Source: an uncultured Candidatus Poseidoniales archaeon (lineage in GTDB: Archaea > Thermoplasmatota > Poseidoniia > Poseidoniales > CAYMED01). Taken from it: a stretch of DNA of 64,000 nucleotides. Below are positions 10,001 through 19,751 of the stretch, piece after piece (position 1 is the first letter of the stretch; every line of letters begins with the position of its first letter). A model generated the notes under the pieces. It saw only the letters and a program-made list of their open reading frames with translations, ran no database searches and was not told where the DNA came from. The translations under genes and the position numbers were made by a program. The stretch covers positions 22,052 to 86,051 of the forward strand of contig CAYMED010000008.1 in the NCBI GenBank assembly GCA_964389655.1. The letters run 5' to 3'.

Positions 10001-11018
10001 ATGCGGCCGATGCCGGTCCATGGCGCGGGTCATCAGGGACTTCAGCCATCCAAATATCACAAGCCTCTTTCCATTCTCTAACCATCAACCTCCCTACAAA
10101 TGCGGCTTCTGCAACGGGCGATAATCTAGATATTCCAAAACTCCGTAGGCCTCCACGGCCGATGTATTCAATTTCTATTTCAATGCGGCGCCCGCCCGTT
10201 TTGATTTTTCCACTTGGGTTAACCAATTCATCACGTAGTATTTGGTCCTCGGGGCGCTCTTTCAAGAGGCTACCAGGACGCCGCAAATCAACCCGCATTC
10301 CTATATGGGGTCTGAGTCGTTGGTGGATTGTGGGCCATATTGTCTTTTGAACATCCCAAGATATAGCAGCGTCATCGTCTAGTGTTAGCGGGCATTCATC
10401 TGCTAATTCACCAGACCTTGCCAAGATCAAGGTAATCCCTGAATAGGGATGGGCAAGGAATCGCCCGTCATTATTGGCTCCAACTTCAAGGCCAAGTCGG
10501 TGCCGTCGACGCCTACCCCCCTGTGCTTCCCAAATTTCCCTGTCAACGACGATTCCATCGACAAGGCCAGAGTCAATCTGTTTCAATCCCCATTTTAACA
10601 GTTCATTTTTCTTTGAAGGTGGCCCTTCCAGCCCGTTCTTTTGCGCAAAATCATCTGTATTCCTGATGCTCAAGTCATGTCTAAATCGGCGCAACTGGCG
10701 TTTTACAAGGGGCCGGTCGCACAATATCCTAGCGCGCCGAGGGAGGTGTTCTGGTCTATCATCAGAGACCAATACGCTTCCCACATTTCGTACTGGGAGT
10801 GCGCCGATAATGTCGACGCCATCAGGCATCGGCCCTTCAAGATCGGTAGCGAATACTGCTAGGTGGTCAAATTCACGTTCCAATAATGACTCTAGTGCAT
10901 CGCCTAAATTCTCGAAAACAGCACATTCAATATCTAATTCGCTGCTTTCAACTGGTTCAACCCTTGACCTTGCCGGCATGCCTACGGCTGCCATCAGGTG
11001 GGGTTGGTTGGGGGGCAC
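9990..11018 (-). CDS. Divergent HemC (porphobilinogen deaminase)-fold protein, probably inactive
   Basis: LESLLEREFDHLAVFATDLEGPMPDGVDIIGALPVRNVGSVLVS..EHLPRRARILCDRPLVKRQLRRFRHDL aligns by eye with HemC LEEALL.G.IDIAVHSLKDVP..LP.GL...A...R..P.DALVS..LP.GA.VGTSSLRR.AQL...RPDL. Confidence 0.7.
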   Translation of the reverse strand: MPPNQPHLMAAVGMPARSRVEPVESSELDIECAVFENLGDALESLLEREFDHLAVFATDLEGPMPDGVDIIGALPVRNVGSVLVSDDRPEHLPRRARILCDRPLVKRQLRRFRHDLSIRNTDDFAQKNGLEGPPSKKNELLKWGLKQIDSGLVDGIVVDREIWEAQGGRRRRHRLGLEVGANNDGRFLAHPYSGITLILARSGELADECPLTLDDDAAISWDVQKTIWPTIHQRLRPHIGMRVDLRRPGSLLKERPEDQILRDELVNPSGKIKTGGRRIEIEIEYIGRGGLRSFGISRLSPVAEAAFVGRLMVREWKEACDIWMAEVPDDPRHGPASAAFIQ

Positions 11019-11086
11019 TAAATGCCCGCCCGTGGATCATGGTTCATAAACGCCGTCGAACAGCACATGGTGTGATTTTGCGTGAG

Positions 11087-12061
11087 ATGGTCGGCGGGGA
11101 GCTCCGTGGAGTCAGTGATTTGCTCGAACTCATTGAGTCCGCCCTCGTAGATTTGCTCGATCGCCTAGAATCCGAAGGCCATGGCCGAGCAGTAGAATTA
11201 TCACGTTATGTGCTCATGGCGGGAGGTAAGCGCCTACGTCCCTTATTTGCCCTACTTGTTCATGAGGCGTGTGGGGGGGAGGCTCGCGAAGAGATTTTGC
11301 CCATGGCTCTTGCCTTTGAGATGATACATACGGCAACTTTGGTCCATGATGATATGAATGATCGGGCAAAATTACGGAGGGGTGTTGTTACGCTCCATGA
11401 AAAATATACCCCTGTTGAGGCATTAATTGCAGGTGATTTTTTGTTTGTGCAAGGGTTTGGCTTAGGGGGTGCCTACCAAGGTTCAATTGTTGATGTATTC
11501 ACTCGCTGTTGCTCGATGATTGCCACTGCTGAAATGGCTCAATATGCGAGTATTGGCAATCTGGATTTGTCTCGTGAACAGCATTTTGAAATTATTCAAG
11601 GAAAGACTGCAGGGCCATTTTCCGCATGCTGCGAAGGTGCTGCCATGATTGCGGGAGCAACTCCAGATGTGGTATCCTCGATGCGCCGTTTTGGCTTAGA
11701 ACTTGGAGTTGCATTTCAACTAGTTGATGACATTCTTGATCTTGAAGGTGATTCTCGAACCGGAAAAGGACGCTGTTTAGACCTTATTGAGGGTAAAGTT
11801 ACTCTTCCCCTCATCGAGGCCATTGACCGGCTTGAGTCACCCGACCGTGAGAGGCTAATCCATATTGTCTCAGACTACCATGAAAAGCACCTTGGGGAAG
11901 TGATTGAATTGATACGGGCCTGTGGCGCATTTGATGCTTGCCGGGTAGAGGTCGACCGCCGAATTAGGTGTGCTCGGTCTGAATTATCCTCTCTCCCTAA
12001 AGGCCGTGCATTGGGAACCCTTGAGCGTCTTCTTGACCGTTTGGGAAGCCGCCGTTTCTGA
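11087..12061 (+). CDS. Polyprenyl diphosphate synthase (GGPP synthase-like)
   Basis: GGKRLRP, first Asp-rich motif HDDMND, RRG, GKTA, second motif FQLVDDILD. Start uncertain (11039 or 11087). Confidence 0.93.
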   Translation: MVGGELRGVSDLLELIESALVDLLDRLESEGHGRAVELSRYVLMAGGKRLRPLFALLVHEACGGEAREEILPMALAFEMIHTATLVHDDMNDRAKLRRGVVTLHEKYTPVEALIAGDFLFVQGFGLGGAYQGSIVDVFTRCCSMIATAEMAQYASIGNLDLSREQHFEIIQGKTAGPFSACCEGAAMIAGATPDVVSSMRRFGLELGVAFQLVDDILDLEGDSRTGKGRCLDLIEGKVTLPLIEAIDRLESPDRERLIHIVSDYHEKHLGEVIELIRACGAFDACRVEVDRRIRCARSELSSLPKGRALGTLERLLDRLGSRRF

Positions 12062-12071
12062 GGTTCACTCA

Positions 12072-13172
12072 ATGCCCTTTTCTGATCATGCAGATGTTGT
12101 CGTGATTGGAGGGGGTCCTGCGGGGAGTACTGTCGCTCGATACTTGGCAAAAGAGGGCGTTGATGTACTTGTAATCGATGGCCGTGAATCTATAGGATCT
12201 CCGCTTCAATGTGGTGAATTAGTCCCAAGTAATGCGGAGTTGTGCAGATTGTGCCCGGATGTCCCTGAAATCGCGGAACTATTCCAAACGCCCGAGGCAG
12301 TGGTTTCTTGCAGGGTTGATGAATTACATGTCATTGCTCCATCGGGAAAGCGACTTGCGTATCCCTTTGAGGGCGTCATGCTCGATCGAGTAGCGCATGA
12401 CGAAGCACTGGTGGAGCGCGCTCAATCTCTTGGTGCGCGTTATCTGGTTGGGAAGCGCGTTGATCAGATCGGAGCAGATTATGTACAATTAAGAGATGGG
12501 TCCAGTATCTCCGCCAAGATTATTGTCGGTGCGGGGGGCCATAATGATCCTGTGCGTAGGGACTTTTGGGATGAAAAATCTCTCAAGATCCCGGTGAAAT
12601 TTGTACTGATGGATGGGTACGTACCAGACGCGCTAGAATTTTATTTTGGTTCTTTGGCTCCTGGTGGCTATGCTTGGGCGTTTCCAAAGAAAGGAGGGGC
12701 GAATGTTGGCTTGGGCGTACAACCAGCAATGGCTAAGGGTGCAAATGTGAATACTTGCACAGATCGCTTCATCTCTCGGTTTTCAGGAGATGCTGTGTTC
12801 AAGGGGGCGGGATCTCTTCCAATGTCGGGCACAATTAAGAGGTTTGTAAAGGAAAACTATGTTCTTGTGGGGGATGCTGCGGGAATGGTTCTTCCATCGA
12901 ATGGGGCAGGAATTACGATTGCAATGATTGGTGGTAGAATAGCGGGGCAGGTAATTGCAGCCCATATCCAGTCGGGTGTGCCGCTAGTTGAGTATGAACG
13001 CCGTTGGTCTCAACAAATGGGCAAAGTCATGCGGAATTCAAAACGGTCGTTTAGGTTGGGTAGCATTCTATTCCGGTGCCCCGACTGGGTCATAAATATG
13101 GCTTTCAATCGATTGACTAAACCGATTATTTGGCGTGCCATTACATGTCGACGGATGTTTTGGATTGTTTGA
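12072..13172 (+). CDS. Geranylgeranyl reductase family (digeranylgeranylglycerophospholipid reductase-like)
   Basis: DVVVIGGGPAG FAD motif, QCGE, PGGYAWAFPK, LVGDAAGMVLPSNGAGI. Confidence 0.9.
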   Translation: MPFSDHADVVVIGGGPAGSTVARYLAKEGVDVLVIDGRESIGSPLQCGELVPSNAELCRLCPDVPEIAELFQTPEAVVSCRVDELHVIAPSGKRLAYPFEGVMLDRVAHDEALVERAQSLGARYLVGKRVDQIGADYVQLRDGSSISAKIIVGAGGHNDPVRRDFWDEKSLKIPVKFVLMDGYVPDALEFYFGSLAPGGYAWAFPKKGGANVGLGVQPAMAKGANVNTCTDRFISRFSGDAVFKGAGSLPMSGTIKRFVKENYVLVGDAAGMVLPSNGAGITIAMIGGRIAGQVIAAHIQSGVPLVEYERRWSQQMGKVMRNSKRSFRLGSILFRCPDWVINMAFNRLTKPIIWRAITCRRMFWIV

Positions 13173-13229
13173 ATTTTGATCAGACATGATCATAAACCGG
13201 TGACTAGTCGCTGGTTTTGGCGATCTTTG

Positions 13230-13547
13230 ATGACATCTGCCTCTCTTCTTGAAAGCATCCGAAATGCCGAAGCAGAGGCGGATAAAATCCTCACCTCTGC
13301 AAAATCTGACGCGTCAGAGCGCGTGAATGCCGCTAGGGAAGAATCTGCAAAGATCGTTTCTGAGGCCCGCTCAGAGGCCCAATCAATTGTGGAATCTGTT
13401 ATTGAAGGTGCTCTTTCCGAAGCTGAAGATGAAGCAGAATCACTTCGAGCGTCCGCCGAATCTGGCCTCGGGGCAGCGCGAAAAACTGCCGAAGATGGCA
13501 TGGACCGTGCTATTTCTACAATTATTGGCGCATTGAATATGAATTGA
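13230..13547 (+). CDS. atpH: A-type ATP synthase subunit H
   Basis: LLESIRNAEAEADKIL..A..EA coiled coil; first gene of the ATP synthase operon. Confidence 0.85.
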   Translation: MTSASLLESIRNAEAEADKILTSAKSDASERVNAAREESAKIVSEARSEAQSIVESVIEGALSEAEDEAESLRASAESGLGAARKTAEDGMDRAISTIIGALNMN

Positions 13548-13558
13548 GGCGACCTAAG

Positions 13559-15658
13559 ATGGCCAACCCACTATTGCCCATCCCAATGGTTAGGGTCCGC
13601 GTCGCAGGGATACGGCCACGCCTTGAGGAGGTGTTGCGGCGAACAGCCAAACTCCGCGCGCTGCATCTTATTGATCATGATGGGGGACATGCCGGTTTTT
13701 CTTTGGGGGCTCCCCTCTTAGGGGCGGACCAAGCATCTGAACGTCTATCACGATTGCGAAGTGCCGCATCGAGGTTGAACCCCTTATTTCCCGAAGATAA
13801 GATTGACCCTGGGGCCATTAAGCAGATTGTTGAGGATGACCTCGACGAAGAACTCACGTCTCTATTTGGCATGATGGATGATGTTCAGGCCCTAGAGGAA
13901 GACATTGAAGCCGCTGAAACAGAGATTGCGACCCTATCATCTATTTCAGAATTAGGAATCCCCCTTGACCTCCTCCATGGTCGCAGGACTGTTGACATTA
14001 TTGTGGGAAAAGCACCTGCTAAAGCTCATCCAAAAATATCAGGTGCACTAAATTCCTCGATCGGAGATGGCGTTTCATTGATCTCTAAAAGTCAATTATT
14101 GGTCATTATCGTGCGATCAGGCCAAGGCGGCACAGCCTCTCAAATTGCTACTGCTAGGGGATTTGAGGCCATTCCCGTCCCGGAGCGGTCAGGTGATACG
14201 GATTCAGTAATTTCTTCAGTAAATAGTGAGATTGAATCCAGTAAGGAAAAATTACGCACCCTTAGTGATGGGATTGAACGGTGGAACCATCGACATGGCC
14301 CCTTCATCGTGAGTGGTGTTGAGCATCTCGAGTGTGAAGTCGATATCCTCGGCGCGCCTGTCCGCTTAGCCACTACTCCTCATTCATTCATCATCGATGC
14401 CTGGGTCCCCAAAACTCTAGCGGATGATGTGCAAGATACATTGCTGGCAGAGGGCGGTGCTAGTTATTCTGAAGTGGAAGAGTGGCATCCCTCACACGGT
14501 GGGCACGATGAAGCACATGAAACTCCCCCTTCTGCTTGGGCAGACCATGGGGCAGCCAAACCATTGCGTTTTGTTACCGAACTCGTGGGTAGGCCAAAAT
14601 ATGGCACGATTGACCCTACAGCATTCATGCTTTTCACATATCCATTGATCTTTGGGATGATGCTCGGGGACATCGGATATGGCTTGATTGTTTTAGGCGT
14701 GGGCTTTCTTCTCCGTTCAAAAGTATCCGAAGATTCGATGGGTGATTATGGCGCGCGGCTTCTAATTTATATTGGTATGTCGACGATGATTTTTGGCCTC
14801 ATTTATGGCGAAATATTTGGATGGGAGGTCGCGCCCTCCTATCATCATGGGGGTGGACATGGGGAAGCGGAAGGTCATGCTGTCCCCTTCCTCTTCCAAT
14901 GGATGGCCAAACTCTATCCCGCAGACCACGCATTGCATAGTCCGACCATATTTGGCGTCTACCTCGCTTATCCGTTCCACCGGGTGAGTTCGGATATGTC
15001 CACCCTCATGGTTCTAACAATTTACTTGGGGGTCGCCCATCTTATGCTCGGCTTCATTCTTGGTTTTATTAATGTGCAAAGGGCTCATGGATTTGCGGCG
15101 GCTCTCTTTGAAAAAGGATCTTGGGTTGTGCTTCTGCTTGGCGGCTTCATGTTTTGTTATGCGTTTTTGAATATACCTCTACATAGCGATGCAGGGTATG
15201 TTGTGCTCCTAGAAAAAATGAGCATGCTGGGCTTAATTCTCATGGGTATTGGGTTACCGATGCTTGCGGTTGGCCTAGTGATCTATGAAAAAATGGGCGG
15301 AGTTGGGATAATTGTTGCACCGATTGAGAGTTTTTCCCTCCTCTCGAATTCCCTTTCTTATGTCCGCATTTTTGCAGTGGGTGTGGTGGGCGTCAAGATT
15401 GCAGAAGTTGGAAATCAACTTCTTTGGCCAGCAATCTTCGATCATATAGGGCTGGGCACGGTTTCAGGAGTGCTTCTTGGCTTTGGTGCACTGGCCATGT
15501 GGCTTGCAGTTCAGACATTAGCAATAATCCTTGGAATTCTTTCTCCAAATATCCATGCAGCGCGATTACATATGGCAGAATGGATGAGTAAATTCTATGA
15601 CTCGCCGGGCGAGCCATACGAACCATACGGGCGTGAGCCCACCCACATTGCGACATGA
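13559..15658 (+). CDS. atpI: A-type ATP synthase subunit I (a)
   Basis: PKYGTIDPT, FGMMLGDIGYG, SNSLSYVRIFAVG, HAARLHMAEWMSKFY. Confidence 0.95.
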   Translation: MANPLLPIPMVRVRVAGIRPRLEEVLRRTAKLRALHLIDHDGGHAGFSLGAPLLGADQASERLSRLRSAASRLNPLFPEDKIDPGAIKQIVEDDLDEELTSLFGMMDDVQALEEDIEAAETEIATLSSISELGIPLDLLHGRRTVDIIVGKAPAKAHPKISGALNSSIGDGVSLISKSQLLVIIVRSGQGGTASQIATARGFEAIPVPERSGDTDSVISSVNSEIESSKEKLRTLSDGIERWNHRHGPFIVSGVEHLECEVDILGAPVRLATTPHSFIIDAWVPKTLADDVQDTLLAEGGASYSEVEEWHPSHGGHDEAHETPPSAWADHGAAKPLRFVTELVGRPKYGTIDPTAFMLFTYPLIFGMMLGDIGYGLIVLGVGFLLRSKVSEDSMGDYGARLLIYIGMSTMIFGLIYGEIFGWEVAPSYHHGGGHGEAEGHAVPFLFQWMAKLYPADHALHSPTIFGVYLAYPFHRVSSDMSTLMVLTIYLGVAHLMLGFILGFINVQRAHGFAAALFEKGSWVVLLLGGFMFCYAFLNIPLHSDAGYVVLLEKMSMLGLILMGIGLPMLAVGLVIYEKMGGVGIIVAPIESFSLLSNSLSYVRIFAVGVVGVKIAEVGNQLLWPAIFDHIGLGTVSGVLLGFGALAMWLAVQTLAIILGILSPNIHAARLHMAEWMSKFYDSPGEPYEPYGREPTHIAT

Positions 15659-15697
15659 GAGTCCCTTAGATTAACACGGACATAGGAGGAAATAACG

Positions 15698-16009
15698 ATG
15701 CAAAATAACATCTTGAAAAACGGAATGAGAATGGCGATTGCTTGTTTGTTACTAGCCCTGCTTTCGCAGAGCGTGGCGGCAGAAGGAGATGCACCAGATA
15801 ATGCGCAGACGGTGGAAGCCTTTGGCAAGATTGGGGCTGGTATAGCACTCGGCCTTTGTGGTGTGGGCGCTGGATATAGCCAAGCACAATTAGGAGCAGC
15901 CTCTGTAGGCTATATGGCAGAAGGCGGCAATTTTGGGCAAGCCTTGCTGTTCACAGTGTTGCCAGAGACAATCCTTATCCTTGGTCTTCTGCCACTCTTG
16001 ATGGGCTGA
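15698..16009 (+). CDS. atpK: A-type ATP synthase subunit K (c), with signal-peptide-like leader
   Basis: GAGIALGLCGVGAGYSQAQLGAA..LFTVLPETILILG hairpin with the ion-binding Glu; AGGAGGA RBS. Confidence 0.93.
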   Translation: MQNNILKNGMRMAIACLLLALLSQSVAAEGDAPDNAQTVEAFGKIGAGIALGLCGVGAGYSQAQLGAASVGYMAEGGNFGQALLFTVLPETILILGLLPLLMG

Positions 16010-16033
16010 GTAGAGAGGGAGCTCTGGGGGGTA

Positions 16034-16612
16034 GTGTGCGTGTCGTCAATTGACGAGTTAGTCTCGGAGATCACTGCGCTTGCTCGCGAGGAGGCCGAAG
16101 GTATTCTCGCAGCAGCGGATGCGGAAGTAAATGCACTCATTGGTGCAGCTAAATTAGAGGCCAAAGAAGTTGTGGATGAAGCTAGTTTGACTGCAGAAAG
16201 GCGTGGTATTCAGCAAGCTTCTGAAACCGTTGCATCTGCGCGCCAATCTGCACAGACCGCCCGTCTACTAGTCGAGCGGGAAGCACTTGAAACAGCGCGC
16301 AGTCGCGCGGAAGAGCAACTTGGATCTCCCGGACTTAGTGGGCGTAAAGATCTGTTGAAGGCTCTGCTTGCAGAAGCGAAAGATGCTGATGTGGAAAAAC
16401 CAATAATGCGTCCCGTTGAGGTTGATCGACCTACGCTTGAATCGATGGCAAAGAATAGCAAATTTGGCGATTCAGTTGATGGCCTTGGCGGCTTTGTCCT
16501 TGAATCAGCAGATCAGACCATTCGTCTTGACTTCAGATTCGACGCCCGTCTTGATCGCGTCTGGGATGAGAAAATCCCCGAAGTTTCTCAAATACTGCGT
16601 GGCGAGGCATGA
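16034..16612 (+). CDS. atpE: A-type ATP synthase subunit E
   Basis: N-terminal coiled coil and GLGGFVLES..IRLDFRFD motif; operon position. Confidence 0.9.
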   Translation: MCVSSIDELVSEITALAREEAEGILAAADAEVNALIGAAKLEAKEVVDEASLTAERRGIQQASETVASARQSAQTARLLVEREALETARSRAEEQLGSPGLSGRKDLLKALLAEAKDADVEKPIMRPVEVDRPTLESMAKNSKFGDSVDGLGGFVLESADQTIRLDFRFDARLDRVWDEKIPEVSQILRGEA

Positions 16613-16624
16613 GGGGGAATATCA

Positions 16625-17677
16625 ATGTCAGGTGGAGGCAAAGGTGGGTGGTCATATGCCGCTACTCGTGCCAAGGCCCGACGCGCCAAACTGATTGATA
16701 GCATGAGATATCGCCAAATGCTTCAACAAACTCCAAATCAAATAGTTACTACGATCGCAGAACTAGGCTACCGTGAAGAAATTGATCTTTATGCTAATCG
16801 CCTGCAAGGTTCTGACCTTGTCGAAGCAGCAATCTCTCATGCGTTTGATGTCGACATTGCTCAAGTGCTTCACTTCTGCCGGGGATCTCAACGCCGGCTC
16901 GCTTCAGTATATGCGTCTAGAAATGAAATTGACAAGGTGCGTATCGTGCTAAGGTCTATCGCTGGTTCTATCGATTCTGATGAGGTGGGCGTCTCCATTC
17001 TTCCTTCGGAAAATGAGACAAATGGGCCTTGGTTGGATATGATACGCAGCTCTGATGACTTTGATTCTGCCATTTCTCAATTGCCCATTGGACCAGTTAA
17101 ACAAGCCCTTAGTTCCCTTCCATCGGGAACCTCACTGCGCGATTATGAGGACGCAATCGACCGTTCATCTACGAGGATGAGTCTTGATGCCCTTAAGGAA
17201 AATGATGCACCCACCCGCGTCCTTCGAAAGATTCTACGGCATGAAGTGGATCAGAGAAATTTGGCCAATTTATTGCGTGGTCTACGTCAAGGCCTTGACC
17301 TTGAAACCCGACGAGGCATGATGCTCGATGGCGGCCTGCGCTTTTCCGGCCTAACCCTTTCCTCTATGGCTGAAGCAAGCGATGTCGAAGGTCTTCGATC
17401 GGCTCTCTCAGGCGTGCGGGGTTTTGATCATGCGGGATTTGAAGAAGCCCTTGATGGCGTAGATGCTACAAATTCGCTCGACCCGGTGATGGTGTGGGCT
17501 CGTAAAGACCGAGACCTGATGATTGGGAGGCTAGGTCATCAGCATCCTGTTTCAGCCATCCCAGTCGTACATTACATCTTCTCCAAGCGCGGTGAAATCG
17601 CGAATTTGCGACTTATTGCACGTGGCTTGTCAGCAGGGCTTTCGGCAGAAAAATTGGAGACCCGACTTCACATATGA
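16625..17677 (+). CDS. atpC: A-type ATP synthase subunit C
   Basis: YAATRAKARRAKLI, EVDQRNL, K..EIANLRLIARG. Confidence 0.92.
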   Translation: MSGGGKGGWSYAATRAKARRAKLIDSMRYRQMLQQTPNQIVTTIAELGYREEIDLYANRLQGSDLVEAAISHAFDVDIAQVLHFCRGSQRRLASVYASRNEIDKVRIVLRSIAGSIDSDEVGVSILPSENETNGPWLDMIRSSDDFDSAISQLPIGPVKQALSSLPSGTSLRDYEDAIDRSSTRMSLDALKENDAPTRVLRKILRHEVDQRNLANLLRGLRQGLDLETRRGMMLDGGLRFSGLTLSSMAEASDVEGLRSALSGVRGFDHAGFEEALDGVDATNSLDPVMVWARKDRDLMIGRLGHQHPVSAIPVVHYIFSKRGEIANLRLIARGLSAGLSAEKLETRLHI

Positions 17678-17685
17678 GGTGTATT

Positions 17686-17988
17686 ATGATGGATCTTGTT
17701 GTTGTTGGCCCGAGCGAATTCACACTAGGTTTCGAACTTGCTGGAGTTCGCAGTGTACACAACCCTCCCGATGATGATGCGCTGGCAGTGACTATGCGCA
17801 ACGCGATGTCCGATGCTGATGTTGGAATCGTGGTCTTACACTCCGACGCACTCGCCCGCCTCCCGGCGCGAATGCGTTTAGAGGTCGCAGAAAGTGTGAC
17901 CCCAACCGTCCTTGCAATCGGGGGTGCAGAGGATAACTCGCTACGAGAGTCAATTCGTAGAGCGATCGGAGTCGATCTTTGGAAATAA
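17686..17988 (+). CDS. atpF: A-type ATP synthase subunit F
   Basis: VVGPSEFTLGFELAGV ... LRESIRRAIGVDLWK. Confidence 0.95.
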   Translation: MMDLVVVGPSEFTLGFELAGVRSVHNPPDDDALAVTMRNAMSDADVGIVVLHSDALARLPARMRLEVAESVTPTVLAIGGAEDNSLRESIRRAIGVDLWK

Positions 17989-17997
17989 GGTGAAATT

Positions 17998-19740
17998 ATG
18001 TCTGAATCAGGAAGAATCCATAGAATATCTGGGCCGGTAGTGACGGCCGTTGGCATTGATACAGCGATGTATGACGTCGTACGGGTAGGGCATGAACGGC
18101 TTATGGGTGAAGTGATTGAGATACACGGTGAAAAATCGGTCATTCAAGTCTATGAAGATACGAGTGGAATGCGGCCAGGTGAACCAGTGGTAAACACAGG
18201 TCAAACACTTTCAGTTCAACTTGGTCCGGGTTTGCTGACTCAAATCTATGATGGGATTCAGCGTCCTCTACAAAACCTTGAGGAAGTTATGGGTGTATTC
18301 ATTACCCGTGGTGTGGATGCTGATGGTCTCGATTTAGAGAAGAATTGGGCATTCAGTCCTTGCGTTTCAGTGGGTGATGAGGTTGTAGCCGGTCAGGTAA
18401 TTGGGACCGTACAAGAGACCGAGACCATTGAGCACCGAATAATGGTCCCTCCTAGGAAGTCGGGTAAAGTTACTAGCATTGAATCAGGTGACTATAACGT
18501 GACCCAAACAATTTGCACCCTAGATGGTGAAACTGAACTTCAAATGATGCAATTGTGGCCTGTGCGAACCCCACGTCCGTTCCAACAGAAGTATGCACCA
18601 GACGTCCCATTGATCACAGGTCAACGTATTCTTGATTTCTTATTCCCTTTGGCCAAAGGTGGAACTGCTGGTATTCCAGGTCCTTTTGGTTCGGGAAAAA
18701 CCGTTACTCAACAGCAACTTGCTAAGTGGTCGGATGCACAACTTGTGGTCTACATTGGATGTGGGGAGAGGGGAAATGAGATGACAGAAGTACTTACTGA
18801 ATTCCCTCACCTCATCGACCCAAATACGAATAAGCCTTTGATGAACCGTACTACGATGATTGCTAACACATCTAACATGCCTGTTGCGGCAAGAGAAGCA
18901 TCGGTGTACACGGGAATTACAATTGCGGAATATTTCCGTGATATGGGGTATGATGTCGCTCTTATGGCAGATTCAACAAGCCGATGGGCGGAAGCCATGC
19001 GTGAAATCAGTAGCCGTCTTGAAGAAATGCCTGGTGAAGAAGGATATCCAGCATATTTGTCCAGTAGGTTGGCTGAATTCTATGAACGCGCTGGGCGCGT
19101 TCAAACTCTCAACGGGGATGATGGATCCGTATCGGTGATAGGGGCGGTATCCCCTCCTGGTGGGGATATTTCTGAGCCCGTAAGCCAAGGAACTCTTCGA
19201 ATTGTCAAAGTATTTTGGGGACTCGATGCAGGCCTTGCCCGACAGCGCCATTTCCCTGCAATAAATTGGTTACAATCGTATAGCCTATATCCTCAATCTC
19301 TTGATGCATGGTATCGAGAACACATTGCACCGGATTTTCCCGAAATACGCACAAAAATCAGTAGTTTACTTCAGATTGAGGCAGAATTACAAGAAATCGT
19401 GCAACTAGTGGGGTCCGATGCATTGCCCATTGACCAACAACTGACGTTGGAAGTTGCTCGCATGATTAGGGAATTTTTCCTCCAACAGAATGCTTTCCAT
19501 GATGTAGATACTTATTCAGCTCTTGAATTGCAATATCGCATGGCATTGGCAATCCTTGCATTCCATGAATCAGCAAAGCGTGGGTTGGATGGCGGCGCAT
19601 CACTAGAGGATGTAGTCAATGTACCTGCAAGAACCGACCTCATGCGAGGCCGATTTGAACAAGGCTACACGGAAAAATTCGATACATTAGTTGAGAAAAT
19701 GACTGAGCAAATCGCAGCAGCGGTTTTGGAGAATGACTGA
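17998..19740 (+). CDS. atpA: A-type ATP synthase subunit A
   Basis: [28 protein letters not shown]; normal length, no intein. Confidence 0.98.
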   Translation: MSESGRIHRISGPVVTAVGIDTAMYDVVRVGHERLMGEVIEIHGEKSVIQVYEDTSGMRPGEPVVNTGQTLSVQLGPGLLTQIYDGIQRPLQNLEEVMGVFITRGVDADGLDLEKNWAFSPCVSVGDEVVAGQVIGTVQETETIEHRIMVPPRKSGKVTSIESGDYNVTQTICTLDGETELQMMQLWPVRTPRPFQQKYAPDVPLITGQRILDFLFPLAKGGTAGIPGPFGSGKTVTQQQLAKWSDAQLVVYIGCGERGNEMTEVLTEFPHLIDPNTNKPLMNRTTMIANTSNMPVAAREASVYTGITIAEYFRDMGYDVALMADSTSRWAEAMREISSRLEEMPGEEGYPAYLSSRLAEFYERAGRVQTLNGDDGSVSVIGAVSPPGGDISEPVSQGTLRIVKVFWGLDAGLARQRHFPAINWLQSYSLYPQSLDAWYREHIAPDFPEIRTKISSLLQIEAELQEIVQLVGSDALPIDQQLTLEVARMIREFFLQQNAFHDVDTYSALELQYRMALAILAFHESAKRGLDGGASLEDVVNVPARTDLMRGRFEQGYTEKFDTLVEKMTEQIAAAVLEND

Positions 19741-19751
19741 GGGGTGAGTAT

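Noticed and set aside
17998-19740. Inteins in AtpA (also checked Cdc6 and SMC)
   Set aside because: Lengths are normal around the usual insertion sites and no splicing motifs are present.
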